Below, piece after piece: positions 27,122-40,189 of a DNA stretch of 64,000 nt (position 1 is the stretch's first letter; the number at the start of each line of letters is the position of its first letter). A program made the position numbers and the translations under genes. This DNA comes from Epiperipatus broadwayi (Eukaryota; Animalia; Onychophora), in the NCBI GenBank assembly GCA_028023455.1, contig JAQFVV010000003.1, forward strand, positions 1,054,001-1,118,000. Reading direction: 5' to 3'. The notes below the pieces were generated by a model. The model ran no database searches and was not told the origin of the DNA. It saw nothing but the letters and a program-made list of their open reading frames with translations.

Positions 27122-27405
27122 CACATATACATTCCAATGCAAAATTTTTTAATATAATTTCTTTAATTTTCTAACAGTTTCAACTGTCCTGCAGTCTTCA
27201 TCAGAGCATTTACATAAGCTTCCTTTTTCTTAAAAGAGTAAGGTTATGCAAATGCTCTGATGAAGACTGCAGGATAGTTGAAACTTAGAAAATTAAAAAG
27301 AAAGAGGAAGGTTATGCAGATACTGTGATGAAAACTGAAGGATAGTTGAAACTTAGAAAAGTAAAGGAATTATATTTAAAAAATTTACATTGGAATGTAT
27401 ATGTG
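27122..27405. mobile_element. Family D Penelope-pLTR-like element: inverted arm plus tandem duplication, three hammerhead-like motifs
   Basis: 27122-27225 is inverted relative to 27239-27405. Motif CTGATGA-agactgcagga(c/t)agtt-GAAAC on - (27204-27178) and + (27257-27284); third decayed copy at 27325-27352. Confidence 0.7.
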
Positions 27406-28232
27406 TTTCTAAATACATGAAATCATTTACTTTTGTAGTAAGAATCAATTATTTGATTTATTTAAGCAAGAAATAAAATCACAAAAAATTCAACTCATAT
27501 GTCACATGACCTAATTTAATAACATTTAAGCAAGAAATATGAATCTCATAATTTTGATCACTATTTCGATAAATAATTTTGTTTAGCTTAATGTAAATTT
27601 AAAATAGTGAAACCTGGATTTTAATTAGTTTCAAATAGTCCACTCTAAAGAACATCATAAAACTGTGCAATTTTACAAATCATATCTTTTAAAAGTCTTG
27701 AAGGATAGATATAGAACTACCTCATTTATCACATGACTAATTGGAAATCATCAGTAAGTGTTAAATACAATTATCTGCTAAAATATTTTTTTTTTAAAAA
27801 TGAACTCTTTTTTATTATGACTCCATAAAAAGGACAGTCAGATGTAAGCACTACCAAATGATAGAAATATAAATACAAATATCTAATTGACAAAAATGTA
27901 AATTTTTCAGTAATTAGCACTTCCTAAAAGAATTTAAAATGTTTTTGCCTTTATGCAATGTAAATTTTATATCAATAACTATTGAAAGTAGACAAATGTC
28001 AAATAACTTTTGATTGAGACTGATGGCCAATGGCATGTGATGAAATTCACAAAAGAGACCACAAAAAAAAGCACAATGCAAAATAGTATACATTACTGCT
28101 ATCTCTTAGCTTCTACAATGCATACTAATACATATCCCTGTTATAAACAAAATGGAGCTCCGTTATACAGAGCTATGTCAATTAATTTTGGCATCTGAAG
28201 TTTTTAACTATGCTTTTAAAATTATTTAGAAG

Positions 28233-28450
28233 GGCCTCATGGTCAGAGATAGCAAATTCACCTATGAATCTTATGGAGTTCAATTCCAGGCCAAATAAAA
28301 TTATTTTCAAAAGATTTAAGAATTTTCTCTATGGTAGCTATTGTTTAGTTCAACATTAGTTGATAAATGAATATCCAGTTATCGTAGCTAGAGGGTAAAA
28401 TAAAAATGGAAAACTGCTCAAACTCTCACCACCTGTCAGTTGGCAAGACA
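28233..28450 (+). mobile_element. Decayed SINE-like repeat (family S1)
   Basis: ggcctcatggtcagag...ggagtcaattccaggcc head and atggaaaactgctcaaactc tail. Confidence 0.5.
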
Positions 28451-28959
28451 GATAAGTACTGTTTTTTTCACTTTCTCTATGAAGGTCTATTGGAGAGGTC
28501 TTTCCCTCATAGTGGGTCAATTATTATAAAATAATTTTATTTATTTATTTAAAATGTTCAACTGAAGAAAGCCACTGATAATAATAGGAAAAAATATGTA
28601 TTAAATATATATATAAACTATTAAAAATCACCCCAAAAAAGTAAAAAAAAATTATAAACCTAAAAAAAAAAAAATGCGGAGAAATGAAATCAATAAATTA
28701 CAATTTAAAATATAATTTTAAAAAAATCATAACATATTAAAATTATTTTTGAGGTTTTAATTATAGCAAATAACTGGATAGATTCTTTGTAATTTGTTGT
28801 TTTAGACAGCCTTTTCTATAGAAGTTATAGTTAGACCATTCATTTAATCTTGAAATATTGCCAAAGTAATTTTTAAAAATTTTGGTTCAGAAAAATTACT
28901 TTTGATTATCGCTACACTTGTAAGTAATCATTAGTAGAATTCTTCTCAACAAAAGTTTT

Positions 28960-31720
28960 CAACTGAGATAAAACAATATACTGTATAAAGAAAAGAAAGA
29001 ACGTGAAATGATTTAAAATAATCCATGAAGAAAAGTTTACCTGAAATTTTATAAAATGGTATGACAATAAATTAATAATGATAATAAAAAATATAACTGA
29101 TTGACAATAAAATCAGAAATATAAAATAACATTTTGATATTTGAAGGAAAGTTATCTTTGCAATAAGAAGAAAAGTTTAAAAGAAAGTTATCTTTGCAAT
29201 AAGAATAAATTGAAATTATTACTAAAAAAAGGAATGATATCATGAGAGGTATGGAAGAATTTTCCAAAGATTTGTATAATAATAAAGTACAAAATATTAT
29301 CTTTTGAGTTGCCAAGCACTATACATGATGAGGTGAGATATGAAATGAAATCTATGAAGTAGGGAAAAGCTCCAGGAAATGTTGGAATTATTATTGATAT
29401 CTTAAAAGAAGTAGATGAAGAAATAAAAAAATGTTGGCAAAACTATATATAAGATATCTAAATGATAGGTGTTGAGAAAAATGTAATAATATTATTGATA
29501 TTTAAAAAAGGTTCTAAAAGTATAATAGAAATAATAGAACTATCAATCTTTTATAATTTATTAAATCTGACAAAAATTTGTTAAAGCAACCAATTAAAAA
29601 AAAAGACCTTTCTATAGGCCAAGCACATCTGGTATTTATTAAGATAATTATAATTCACATACAGTATACTTTGAACTCAAATTAACCAAAAGAACAAGCT
29701 GAATTTGAAAATGATTTTAGGCCAATGAATCACATCCAATATTGAGTTCAGTTAAAGAAAAGTCCAATGAGAATAAGTTGTCATTATGTTTTGGATTAGT
29801 AAATTATAAAAAAGCATTTCCACAATAATTAAAATTTTGAACATCAAAATATAGACCTGGTCTGTTGTCATATTCTGTAGAATATTTATCAAAATGGAAT
29901 AACAATGCTTAGTTATATGATGACATAGAAAGGTTAACATTTAGAAGGCTCTATGACAGGATGATTCAACATCTTTCAATTTTTTTATAACAGTTTTACA
30001 ATAATAATTTTTAAATAAGTCAATTATTTTATAGTTAAAATCCAAAGTGCATGTGCAACAGTTTAATGCTGTTTAAATATTACAGTTAATAATTATTTTT
30101 GTGGATATGATAAACTAAAGGATTGAAAATATATGGATCATATTTAAATCATCTAGATTTTGTAGAAAGTATGTTTATTTTTTAAAATAATACTTCAGAA
30201 CTTTAGGAAATGTTTCAAGAGTTATCAAATGAAAATAAATAGGATTAAAGATAAATATTAAATAGACTTAGGGATGTTTATGTAGTATATGGTCTATTTG
30301 TTTAATGGGATTCATAGTATTTATTTTTGAGTGCAAGAAAAATAATAAAATGAAGAAAATAATATACAGTATTGTATAATAAAAAATGTGTTAAATAAAA
30401 GAAACAAAAGATAGTCCATGCACAAATATATATTAAATAAAAATAACAAAAGGTTAATATTTATTAAACTTTTGTAATGGTAAACTCACCAATAAATGTG
30501 GATATTTTATTTTTTATTGGCTCCAGTTCTATAGTGTGAAGTTCTAATTATGTGATTTTTTCTTTCTTGCTGAAATATAATGTAACTTAATGCTCTTATT
30601 TGATAGACTGCTGTAAATGGTTTTGTTTTTGGAACATTACTTGGCTTACATTTGCATTTTATTTGCTATTTATTGCTTTCATTTAAAACATTGTTATGAA
30701 CTAGTTTTTTTTTTTCTTTTAATATATATTTTGTATATAGAGTATGTTTGGTTTGTATCTATTTTATACAAGACTACCAAATAAAAGCATCAAATTAAAT
30801 TATATTTCGGCAAGCAAAGTAAATAAATAATCACAGGAACACAACTAGTGTCATAAAGAATAAAATGCCAGCATTTCTTGTTGAATTTATGATTACAAAA
30901 GTTTATTAAATATTAAGTTATTGTTATTTTTATTTCTTAGACATTTTATGGGTGGTCTATCTTACTGTTTTTTTTGTTTAATTCACATTTTTTAGTGAAA
31001 AATATTATTTTCTTCATTTTATTTAATATACATTTATCATTCATTGTTAATTCAAGAAAAAATTGATGACATTTTATATTTTATCAAAAAGTTTTTCTAG
31101 TGTTCAGTGTTAAGAAAATGTATATTAATGAATAAAATAGACCATAATATAGGAAACATTAATTAAAGTAATATTCAATGAATTTTCTCAGAATAAAATA
31201 AAGAATGATAATCATGAATTATTAGTGATCATACTTTTAATACATTTTAGAAACATAATGAAAGAAATTAATCATAGAATTAAACTCGGATGGAATGCTT
31301 TTTATAGAAATAACTAAAGGAGATATGCATATGGGTTTAAATTTTTTTTTTTAATAGATGAATTTGAGACTTGGATACTTAAGGAAGAGCAATATTGAAA
31401 CTTTAGATCACCCAATAAAGTTTGGTGAGATGTATATTAGAGCAATAAAAGAGACTGAAAGTGAAATATTTGGATTAGACAATAAGCAAATATAATTGAC
31501 ATCATTGAAAGATTTAAAAGACTGAAATAGATATGGGCTGGACATATTGCTAGAAGAGATGATAAGAAATGGGGAAATGAAGTCTTAAATTGGATTGAAG
31601 AGATTGTAAAAAAATTTCAAAAAGCAATATTTGCTAATGTGATCTGAAGAAGTGAGACTCTTGTTATAGAAACAGGATTGAACTTAGAGAAAACTTCACC
31701 CTATAGTGGATGAATAATAA
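28960..31720 (+). mobile_element. Decayed RTE-clade LINE, RT region and 3' end, interrupted
   Basis: GKAPGNVGIIIDILKE (about 29360), YLNHLDFV resembling YLNHLRFADD (about 30140) and EINHRIKLGWNAF (about 31260). Interrupted by a family C fragment (about 30030-30090) and by unrelated DNA at about 30300-31170. Confidence 0.8.
30030..30090 (+). repeat. Family C fragment inserted in the RTE copy
   Basis: tatagttaaaatccaaagtgcatgtgcaacagtttaatgctgtttaa matches 61385-61435. Confidence 0.75.
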
Positions 31721-32423
31721 TTAAATAACAATAATGACCAGTTTTACACTTTATAGAATCACTGATAATTATTTAATTGTTAAGTTTTTTTAAAATTTTT
31801 CTTGAAAACAATTACATATTTAATTAAAAATATGTTAAATATAGCAGATATATTTTTACTTTAAAACATTTAAATTATTATTTTTTTTAATTTTATTTTA
31901 TTTGCATACATCTGTATATATATATATCAATGAAAAATTTCAGAAGTGTGAAACCATTAAGAATGACCCCCCCCCCCTAAAAAAAACCCTGATTGAGATC
32001 ATATTCAGTGGATTATTAAATACCACACAAACTTTGTGACACAAGAATAAAATTTACTGGTGAATCCTGTATTTTTATTGCATTGTACTTCCAGACCTAG
32101 CTATTTTTTTTTTTTTACATTTCATTTGCTTGTTAAATTATTAAGAAAATTTAAGAATGATTGAAAAATGTGTTTATTTAACGAATTGAACAATTTTGAT
32201 TAAAGTAAAGGAGAGGTGGGGAATTTTTTTCCATTAAAAATGTTCTGAAACACTTTTTTAAAAAATATTTTATTTAGGATATTTATTTAGTAACTAGATA
32301 AATGAAAATTAAAACAGGCAAAACTCTCCATACAGTAGTACCACTCAGTGCAAGCCAGAATAATCAATGGATGCCAGAAGGCTTGTACATAAAATTCCTA
32401 TCTAGTGTCTACTCATCCAATAT

Positions 32424-32463
32424 CCCCAGATTAATTTCTAGCTTGTGGCTTTCATCAGTGAGG
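32424..32463 (-). ncRNA. Minimal type-I hammerhead ribozyme motif (family A, - strand)
   Basis: CCUCA-CUGAUGA-a-AGC-cacaa-GCU-a-GAA-AUUAAU-C/UGGGG: intact core, stem I of 5 bp (one G-U), stem II of 3 bp with A.A at 10.1/11.1, palindromic stem III AUUAAU, AUC cleavage triplet. Activity not shown. Confidence 0.75.
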
Positions 32464-32486
32464 AGCTTTGGATCTAAGAGCACTGC

Positions 32487-32528
32487 TTCTCACTGATGAA
32501 AGTGACAAGCTAGAAACTAGTCTGGGGA
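32487..32528 (+). ncRNA. Minimal type-I hammerhead ribozyme motif (family A, + strand)
   Basis: UUCUCA-CUGAUGA-a-AGU-gacaa-GCU-a-GAA-ACUAGU-C/UGGGGA: intact core, 6-bp stem I with G-U pairs, palindromic stem III ACUAGU, GUC triplet; predicted cleavage 3' of 32522. Activity not shown. Confidence 0.8.
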
Positions 32529-32978
32529 TATTGGATGAGTAGGCACTAGATAGGGATTTTATGTACAAGTCTTCTGGCATCTATTGATTACTCTGGCTTG
32601 CACTGAGTGGCACTACTGTATGGAGAGTTTTACTTGTTTTAATAACAGTTACGGACAAGCATAAGAAATGGTGATCATGTGTTGTTAAATGAAAAATTTT
32701 TTTTAAATAATATGTCTCATTTGTGGAACTTATTCATTCCTTCAGGCAGCCATCTCATTTCTTTATCTATGGGAGTGACGATAGACATTCTGTATTTGAT
32801 TCTAAAACAAAGCAGAAAGATTTAGTGCTTATCATATACAGTAATGTAAAGGTGTGAATGTGTGTATCAATTAAACTAACTTGCACTATCTTAATATAAT
32901 GAATTACATAATTAAATTTATATATTTATCACATAAAAGCATTATACATTAACATTTCTTTTTAATTTTCATTCTCAG

Positions 32979-33043
32979 GTTGAAGCTAATGAAGTCGTCA
33001 TCAGACAAGGAGATGATGGAGATAATTTTTATGTTGTACAAAG
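32979..33043 (+). CDS. PRKAR2: PKA type II regulatory subunit, internal coding exon (VEANEVVIRQGDDGDNFYVVQ-S)
   Basis: 65-nt exon between tttcattctcag and gtaat, phase 0/2. Contains the QGDDGDNFYV signature and continues the previous exon in frame. Confidence 0.96.
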
Positions 33044-33499
33044 GTAATAATAATAATAAAAAGCTTTACGTTTATGTAGTTGTGTTGTTATTCTGATGAA
33101 AAATGTTTTGAAGTATTTGTATATTCAGAACATGTTTAAAATTAAGTATCTTTTTACAGCAATTTAAATTCCTTTTTTAACATTGTTTACAGTCAAATAT
33201 ATCTGAATTAATTAAGATGCCATAAATCTTCCCCTGGTTTATAAATCTGTAAAAATTATTTTAAATATTTTGATAATTTTCTTGGAATCATTTCTTTGCT
33301 AATGATATGATAAATTATAAACATGCAATATATATATAAAGCAAATTAAAAAGAATTTTCATTTTCTTTCTTAACCTTCATGTACAGAATAATTAGAAAC
33401 CATGGGTACACTGTATAATTAAAATATGATATGATGAAAAATGGCTTCTCCTTAAACAAAATTAGGAATTTCTGTTTACAGACCATATGCTAAAAACGT

Positions 33500-34200
33500 T
33501 CTTACCCCAATTAAGCATTCCTTCTTGACAAAGCTCTTGTATATCACAATAAAGTCGTCTATTTCTATAAATAAATAATTATTTTTCAATGTCTGATTCA
33601 TTCTATTTCCTATTTCATTTAATAAAATTTGTTTTGTTAATTTCTCTCATTCTATTCTCATTTCTTCCAATTTTCCTTATGAAGACCTAAACATTTTTTT
33701 TTTTTTACATTTTTCTCTAAATTTCTGTCATTCTCCATACCATTTACTTGATCCTTTTTAAAAATTTCAAAAATAAGTGTCCAATTTTCTCTTCCCTTCT
33801 TCATACAAACCACATTAACACTTCAAAACTTTATTCTAATTTTGCTTTTTCCCCCTCATATCTAAAACTCTTATCATTGCACCAAGAACAGTGAGCTCTC
33901 TTTAGTGCTATCATATGTTCTTTCACTTGCTATATAATGTTTATTTTTGTATAACTCCAAATTATTTTTGAATTCATATTTTTCATAACTCCATTTCTTT
34001 TGTCTAACCAACTTTTCTATTCTCTTTTTCCACTTCTGATAATTATGTACCTGTAATACAACTGCTACATATTTATTCCATTTCTTATATATCTTTCTTG
34101 CCTAACATGTATGTTTTCTTTTTTTACAATTCAATTAAACACTATTTTTATAAATTTATCTTCATTCATATATTATATTCTTCCCAGTTTTGGGGTATTG
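33500..34200 (-). mobile_element. Very decayed LINE endonuclease-region remnant
   Basis: Purine-rich - strand with RYIIIRSGKRE-like segment; weak by-eye similarity only. Confidence 0.3.
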
Positions 34201-34593
34201 ATTATAATACTATCTGTGCTATTTTGGTGAGCACTTAATGCTTAACCTTAACATAGTTTGAAAATCAAATGCATGTTTTTATTTAATAATAAAATTCTAA
34301 TAACTTTGGAATAAAAATGAATGTAAATATAACCAAATGGAAAAGTTAAAAATAATTAAACAGATTAACATGTTTAATATTTAAAAAGTTATGGAAAAGC
34401 ATATTAAGAATTAAAATGAGAGTTGTAGTAACAAAATAATCCTTACCAACAGTACACACAATCTCTCATATTTGTATTTTTATATTGGACTATGTATGGA
34501 AGCCACTAATCAACTTTGCTCTTAGGAAAAAGTGGAGAAATCAGGAGGAAATTCATAGATAAGTATATGAAATTACTACAGATTGTTGCCTTT

Positions 34594-34740
34594 GGCAGGA
34601 TGGCTCAGTTGGTTAGAGCATTACCTTAAAATTCAAAACTCAAGAATCTAAGGACCCACGTTCGAATCTCATGCTAGTACTATCACTAGCCAGGCCAGCA
34701 ATACCCGAAGAAGAGGGGAGACTAATACCTCTCATAACAT
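34594..34740 (+). mobile_element. tRNA-derived SINE (A box TGGCTCAGTTGG, B box GTTCGAATC)
   Basis: Pol III boxes at 34601-34612 and 34660-34668. No closing acceptor stem or anticodon arm; followed by a non-tRNA body. Confidence 0.65.
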
Positions 34741-37700
34741 TGTGCATATACTAACCTGTTTGATGTGCTATTACTAACAGTTGACTGTATTTGGAATATA
34801 TAAATAAAGTTAAATTTTTCTAAAGACATTCAATACATATATTAGATGATGGAAATAGTCCAATATAAAAATACACCTGGAACACCATCAACACAAACCT
34901 TCAGGAAATCTCTCATATGAGCAGTAATTTTCATCCTATTCTAGAGCCATCTATTGTAAGTTTGAGTAATCAATAGCCACATTAAACACATCATTTGCTG
35001 AAGACCCACAAATTATGAGCCTATTCTTTTTAAATCTTGAAATAAATTTATTTATATTTTAACAATAATAGAATTTTTAAATTGTGACAGTAAGCATCAT
35101 TTCATATGTCCATTTCAGGTTATTCATCTAGAGTAATGGGCAGAAAAAAGAAAAGAAATCATGCAAATTATTATTGATCATCAATCTGACTACCTTGCAA
35201 AGTGGTAGAATAGGGGGGGGGGCAAATTCTTCAACTCTCATTGGATTAGAACAAAGTCTGGTTCATTAATTAAATTCAATTATCATGCTCTTTCTGTCAA
35301 TTGAATAATCGTGTGACTTCCTGAGCAACTAATAGTATGATTATTTATTTAGAGTGGGCAAATATTTATTTAAGATATTCAAATAACTATTATATTTTGA
35401 AAATTCCATTATGTAAGTCAGAATAGAAGTAGTTTCTTTGCCTATTGTGGGAATTTGGAAAACTATAAATGAAAAAACGGCTAATTATTCTTTTTAAGAA
35501 AGACTTTCACTCTTACCTTCATTAAATTATATAATGAGCTTGAATAATCAAACTTTCTTGTTGGGTATCATTCTGAAAACTGATATTAAAAATAAAAAAT
35601 CATAATATCATTTGCTTAAGGGGCCTACAATAAAGTAAATACAATGAATTTCAGCCCGCTTGCAAAATACTAGGATATATAAGAGATCAGATGAAAAAAG
35701 TCATTTATTAAAGAAATTAATTAGGTGTTAAATGGGATTGGTTTTAGATGTTGAGCTACAATGGAGGATATTTTAAAAAATTTATTTATTTTATTTTACC
35801 TTTTACATGAATATTTAAGAATTAGAACTAACGATAAAATGATTTAGAATAGAATGGTATATATAAACTGTTCTTGGATACATAATTGATGATAAATATT
35901 ATGAGAATATTGATCTAAATTTTTTTTTATCAATAAAATGATTTTTTGTTCCATGTTGTTTTTAAATTTCTACTTACAATGGTCGTTTTCACAGGGCTTT
36001 TAACAACTTCCTTCCACCCTATAATCTCCTATTTGTTCTTTTGCAAGGATTAAATGACAGTCCACTAGAGGCTTCACACACAAGCATTAACCTTTTCCAG
36101 AGACTGTCACATTGGAAGATGAATTGTTAAACTTCTCTTAAAGACTTGTAATTTTTATGGCATTTATTTTGCTGTTTTTTGCGGCCACTATTTTCAGATC
36201 TAATGAACATTTATCAAGTGATATATTTGAGAATTAATACATCCTGCAGAGCAGTTCTGATATGAAAAAATGATCCACCAAAGTTTTACTTGCTTTTTCT
36301 TAATGTGGTGCTTATTCTGAAAATTTGAATTTTAAAAGCAGATCCTAAATGAATATGTAGGGTAAGCAAGAAACAGAAAAAAGCTAAACTGTTGATCCCC
36401 TGCCTTTCAAAAATCTTTTTTTTATTATACAAATGACATCCTGGATATAATTTCTGCTACCCTGAGGAAATTATTGCTATATGGTTAAAATGTTTTACCC
36501 ATTTATCCAGATCCAGATTTATTTCTTCATTATAATCATTGCAGACATTTGATTTTTCCTCTTCTATAAAGAATACAGTGGTTTTTTTGGGGATCGTAAC
36601 AATAGACAAGTTATATCTTTTTTTTTACTTTCATTTTGCTTTAAGAGTTTTTATCATGATCAGATTTACATGTGTAATGGATTATTTAGACTAAATATGT
36701 ATATATGTAAACTACAGATAATAAAGAAAATAGCATAAGAATATTGCAGACATTTTCCTTTAGTGTTCAACTTCAATATTTGATAAAAACCTGATGTAAT
36801 CAATGCACAAATTTTCATATTGAATTGTATACCATCAACCTAACATTGACTCTTCTTAATTTTATGAATGTCATTTCTCCATAGACACTCTTATTTATTT
36901 GTTTTTCAAACTGCTCAAAGTCATATTCCTCTTTTTCCCCCTAACAAACTCATTCAAATCCATCACTATAAAAAAAAAAAAGGATGAGCAATTGGAATAT
37001 CTCTAGCATTGTGATCAATGGAGACACTTGCACCCATACTCCTGTTACTCAGACGTCATATGAAGTACTTGCATCTACTCAAAAGCTTTTATTATAATAT
37101 TTAAACCAGTGATCCAAAAGTTTCAATTACCAAAAATGTTGAATCCAAACCACCACCTATTTTATTCAAAACAATTTTAGGAATTAATATATTTCAGTAA
37201 CCACTATTCTGATCTATGAAATAAGTAATATGATAGTAAGTTTAAAAATTATAGTGATTTTTCCCCTCCACTTTACATCAATTGTCACTAATGACATCCC
37301 TTCTCATTTTCCTTCCTGCAAGAAATAAATCAATTAGCCATAACTTAATTAAAAACACTAATCTCTTTTTATTTATTCCAGAACCATCTATTGTAATCTT
37401 GAGAAATTAATGGCCACTCAATGATAGTGCCTATCAATTATTGGTCGAATAGTCAAATTGATTGGAATTCATAAAAAGTTTGAGGACCAGAAGTATCAGA
37501 ACTGGAATCAATATAGATATCTTAGGTTCCAGATTCTGACACCACCATTGCACTAAACCACAAATAAGCTACAGATGGGCCTAAATATTGCTTGCATTGC
37601 ACCTAGTGCACTTAATTTTTTCATTATTTATATTGATGCTTTTACAATTTCAAGAGAGATATTTAGTTTAATATGTACTGAAAAGAACATAATAAATTAA

Positions 37701-38640
37701 TCACTAAAATAATAATCAAGGATAAAAATAAATAAAAACAACTTCAATATTATTTTTAATATAAAATGTACATTATACTATGTCATGACAACAATTCTGT
37801 CGATTTTATTTCTGATCTGATCTTACTGAAGATTTCAAAATCAGGATAAAGATTAATGGTAATAGTAAAATATTATTTTTTGTTTAATAAACTGTCTCAT
37901 GATGTGGTCATTAGCACTTCTGTTTATCATGTGCAAGTTGTAGGATTCGAGTTCCAATAAGGGGACCCTTGGAAATATGTTTGGAATTACTTTTCATATA
38001 ATTATCTCATAGCCACATATCTAGCTATTCAATACTGGTTGGTTCAAAGGTTCCAGTATAAACTTACATTGACAAGATGCACTGACCAAAAAGTAAACAA
38101 TAATATTTGTTATATAATGCAGTCTTCAGTAATAGTGGAGGAAAAAATCATATTCCTACAGGATCTGAGTTTGCAATCTTCTTAACTTTTTTCATATAAT
38201 TTTTATCTATATTTCTTACACAAATATTATAATATAAACTCTGGCTACACTAAATGTCAGTATAACCAGATTTTCTTTAGCTTGTTTGTTGTGATAATGA
38301 GAACATTCTCCGTATTCTTCCAGTAGGATCATTTTATGGTTATTTTTCTGTTTAAAATACAAGTTCTCAGTTTAAAGTTTTAAACCAAGACATTTTAGGG
38401 AAGTCAAAGTAAAAAGGTAAGTATTGGATGCATGCTGTTAAAATCAGTACAATCTTCCAAAATAGGTCAACAGATAAGAAATACTATGAAAGTCATCTAT
38501 TTTCCTGCCCATTGATTTTACATAATCTTTTATTATGATCTCTAAAAATTTAAACTATAATTTTCTATTGTTTAATAAGTATAATCTGCAGAAATAAGTG
38601 TGATTATTGGTATTTATTGACTGATCTTTTTTTTTTTTAG

Positions 38641-38794
38641 TGGTAAATATGAGATCTGGGTAAAACTTGAAACAGAAGACAAACTTGTTGCAACTTATGA
38701 CAATAAGGGAAGCTTTGGGGAATTGGCTCTTATGTACAACATGCCACGTGCTGCTACAATTATTGCTACAACTTCTGGTTCATTATGGGCTATG
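38641..38794 (+). CDS. PRKAR2: PKA type II regulatory subunit, internal coding exon with phosphate-binding cassette A ([51 protein letters not shown])
   Basis: 154-nt exon after a poly-T/ag acceptor and before gtaagt, phase 2/0. [16 protein letters not shown] cassette; YDNKGSF is RII-type. Confidence 0.97.
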
Positions 38795-39572
38795 GTAAGT
38801 ATTTTGAAGCATTATTAACATTTAAATTATTTAAAAATGTACTTACATGCTTAATAATAATCATTAATATGTTCATTTGAAGTGGTATGTTAAAGTTGAG
38901 ACTGCAAAAACATAATAATTAAGTATTTTTATATTGTATAACAAAACTTTTACTTTGCTATGGAACTATATCAATAGCAAAAAATAGTTCATCATATATC
39001 CATTAGAAAAAATCAAAAATCCTATTTTATGATACATAGATAAATATATGGAAATTCCTATTACAAATTCAATATTTTTCTATGTTTAAGACAAATACAA
39101 AAGGCTTTCTTTTCTATATCCTACCACATGTTTTGTCAGTGTCTATAAGTACAAAACAATCAGTTATATTTGCAATTCCAAATATTAATGAGACTAGCAC
39201 TCTGATAAGAAATATAATTCAAAAACAAATCTAAATCTATACCAGATATAAAACTTCAGTTAATTCAGCCATTAATAATATTGGCAGCATCTGGAGAAAA
39301 AACTTATTTTCATATTTTATGCACTTAGTTTGAAAGTGTAGTACTTATTAGTAATAATGTATGTATATAAATATTAAATAATACATTTGCAAATCATTAA
39401 ATGTACATGACAATAGGGTGGAGATGAGAAAGCTCAATCTAGCCATGACTTAATTAATCAAATCCACAACATTACATTTAGCAAATTAAAATAATAGAGA
39501 GAACTATTTATTCTTATGCTTTTTGATGCAAATAAAGCTAAGTTTTCTAAATATGTTAAAATTCCAGAGTGG

Positions 39573-39693
39573 AATTAATGTTGATGCCAAATGTAAATAT
39601 GGCACAATCATTTATATAATCATATCTAATTAGGCAAAAGTTAGATTTTATTTTATAATTGTGCAATATTTACATTTGGTGTCAACATTAATT
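39573..39693. repeat. 36-bp inverted repeat (3 mismatches) with 49-nt loop
   Basis: 39573-39608 versus reverse complement of 39658-39693. Confidence 0.85.
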
Positions 39694-40189
39694 TCATTCT
39701 GAAATTTCATTATGTTTGACAACCATAACTTAATTTGCATTGAAAAGGATAAGAATAGATGATTTACTCTATTTGTCAGTTTGCTATATGTTGTGTGGTG
39801 GATTTGTTTAATTATTTCATATTTGATGAAGTTCAATCATTTTCACTCTATTAATATATATGTATTTATTTATATGATATTGTTTTCTAGTTGATCATTA
39901 GGAGACATTAATCTTTTAATACTTAATATTAGTTTTCTGTATACTTTCTGATTGCTACATTTTAATTTACAAGTATCATTCTTACTCCACCCACAAATTT
40001 GACACTATCCACTCTAGATAAATATATTCATGATTATCACTAATCATTTATTAATAAACTATAGTTTATCTCTAACTCCAGTATAAACTTAAATCTTAGT
40101 TAAAGGTTAATATATCTATTTTTAATTAAACACACACATGGTTAATTCATTTCACTATTTCCATATGGAATATCAGTTATCAGTGTACC

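Larger units (their letters stand above)
32310..32681. mobile_element. Family A element, best-preserved long palindrome (arms about 150 nt)
   Basis: 32310-32486 is inverted relative to 32487-32640; the right arm continues to terminus gtgatcatgtg. Direct repeat taaatgaaaa at 32299-32308 and 32686-32695. Confidence 0.92.

Noticed and set aside
34594-34680. Functional tRNA gene
   Set aside because: A and B boxes are present, but no cloverleaf (acceptor or anticodon stems) and no terminator T-run; fits a SINE head.
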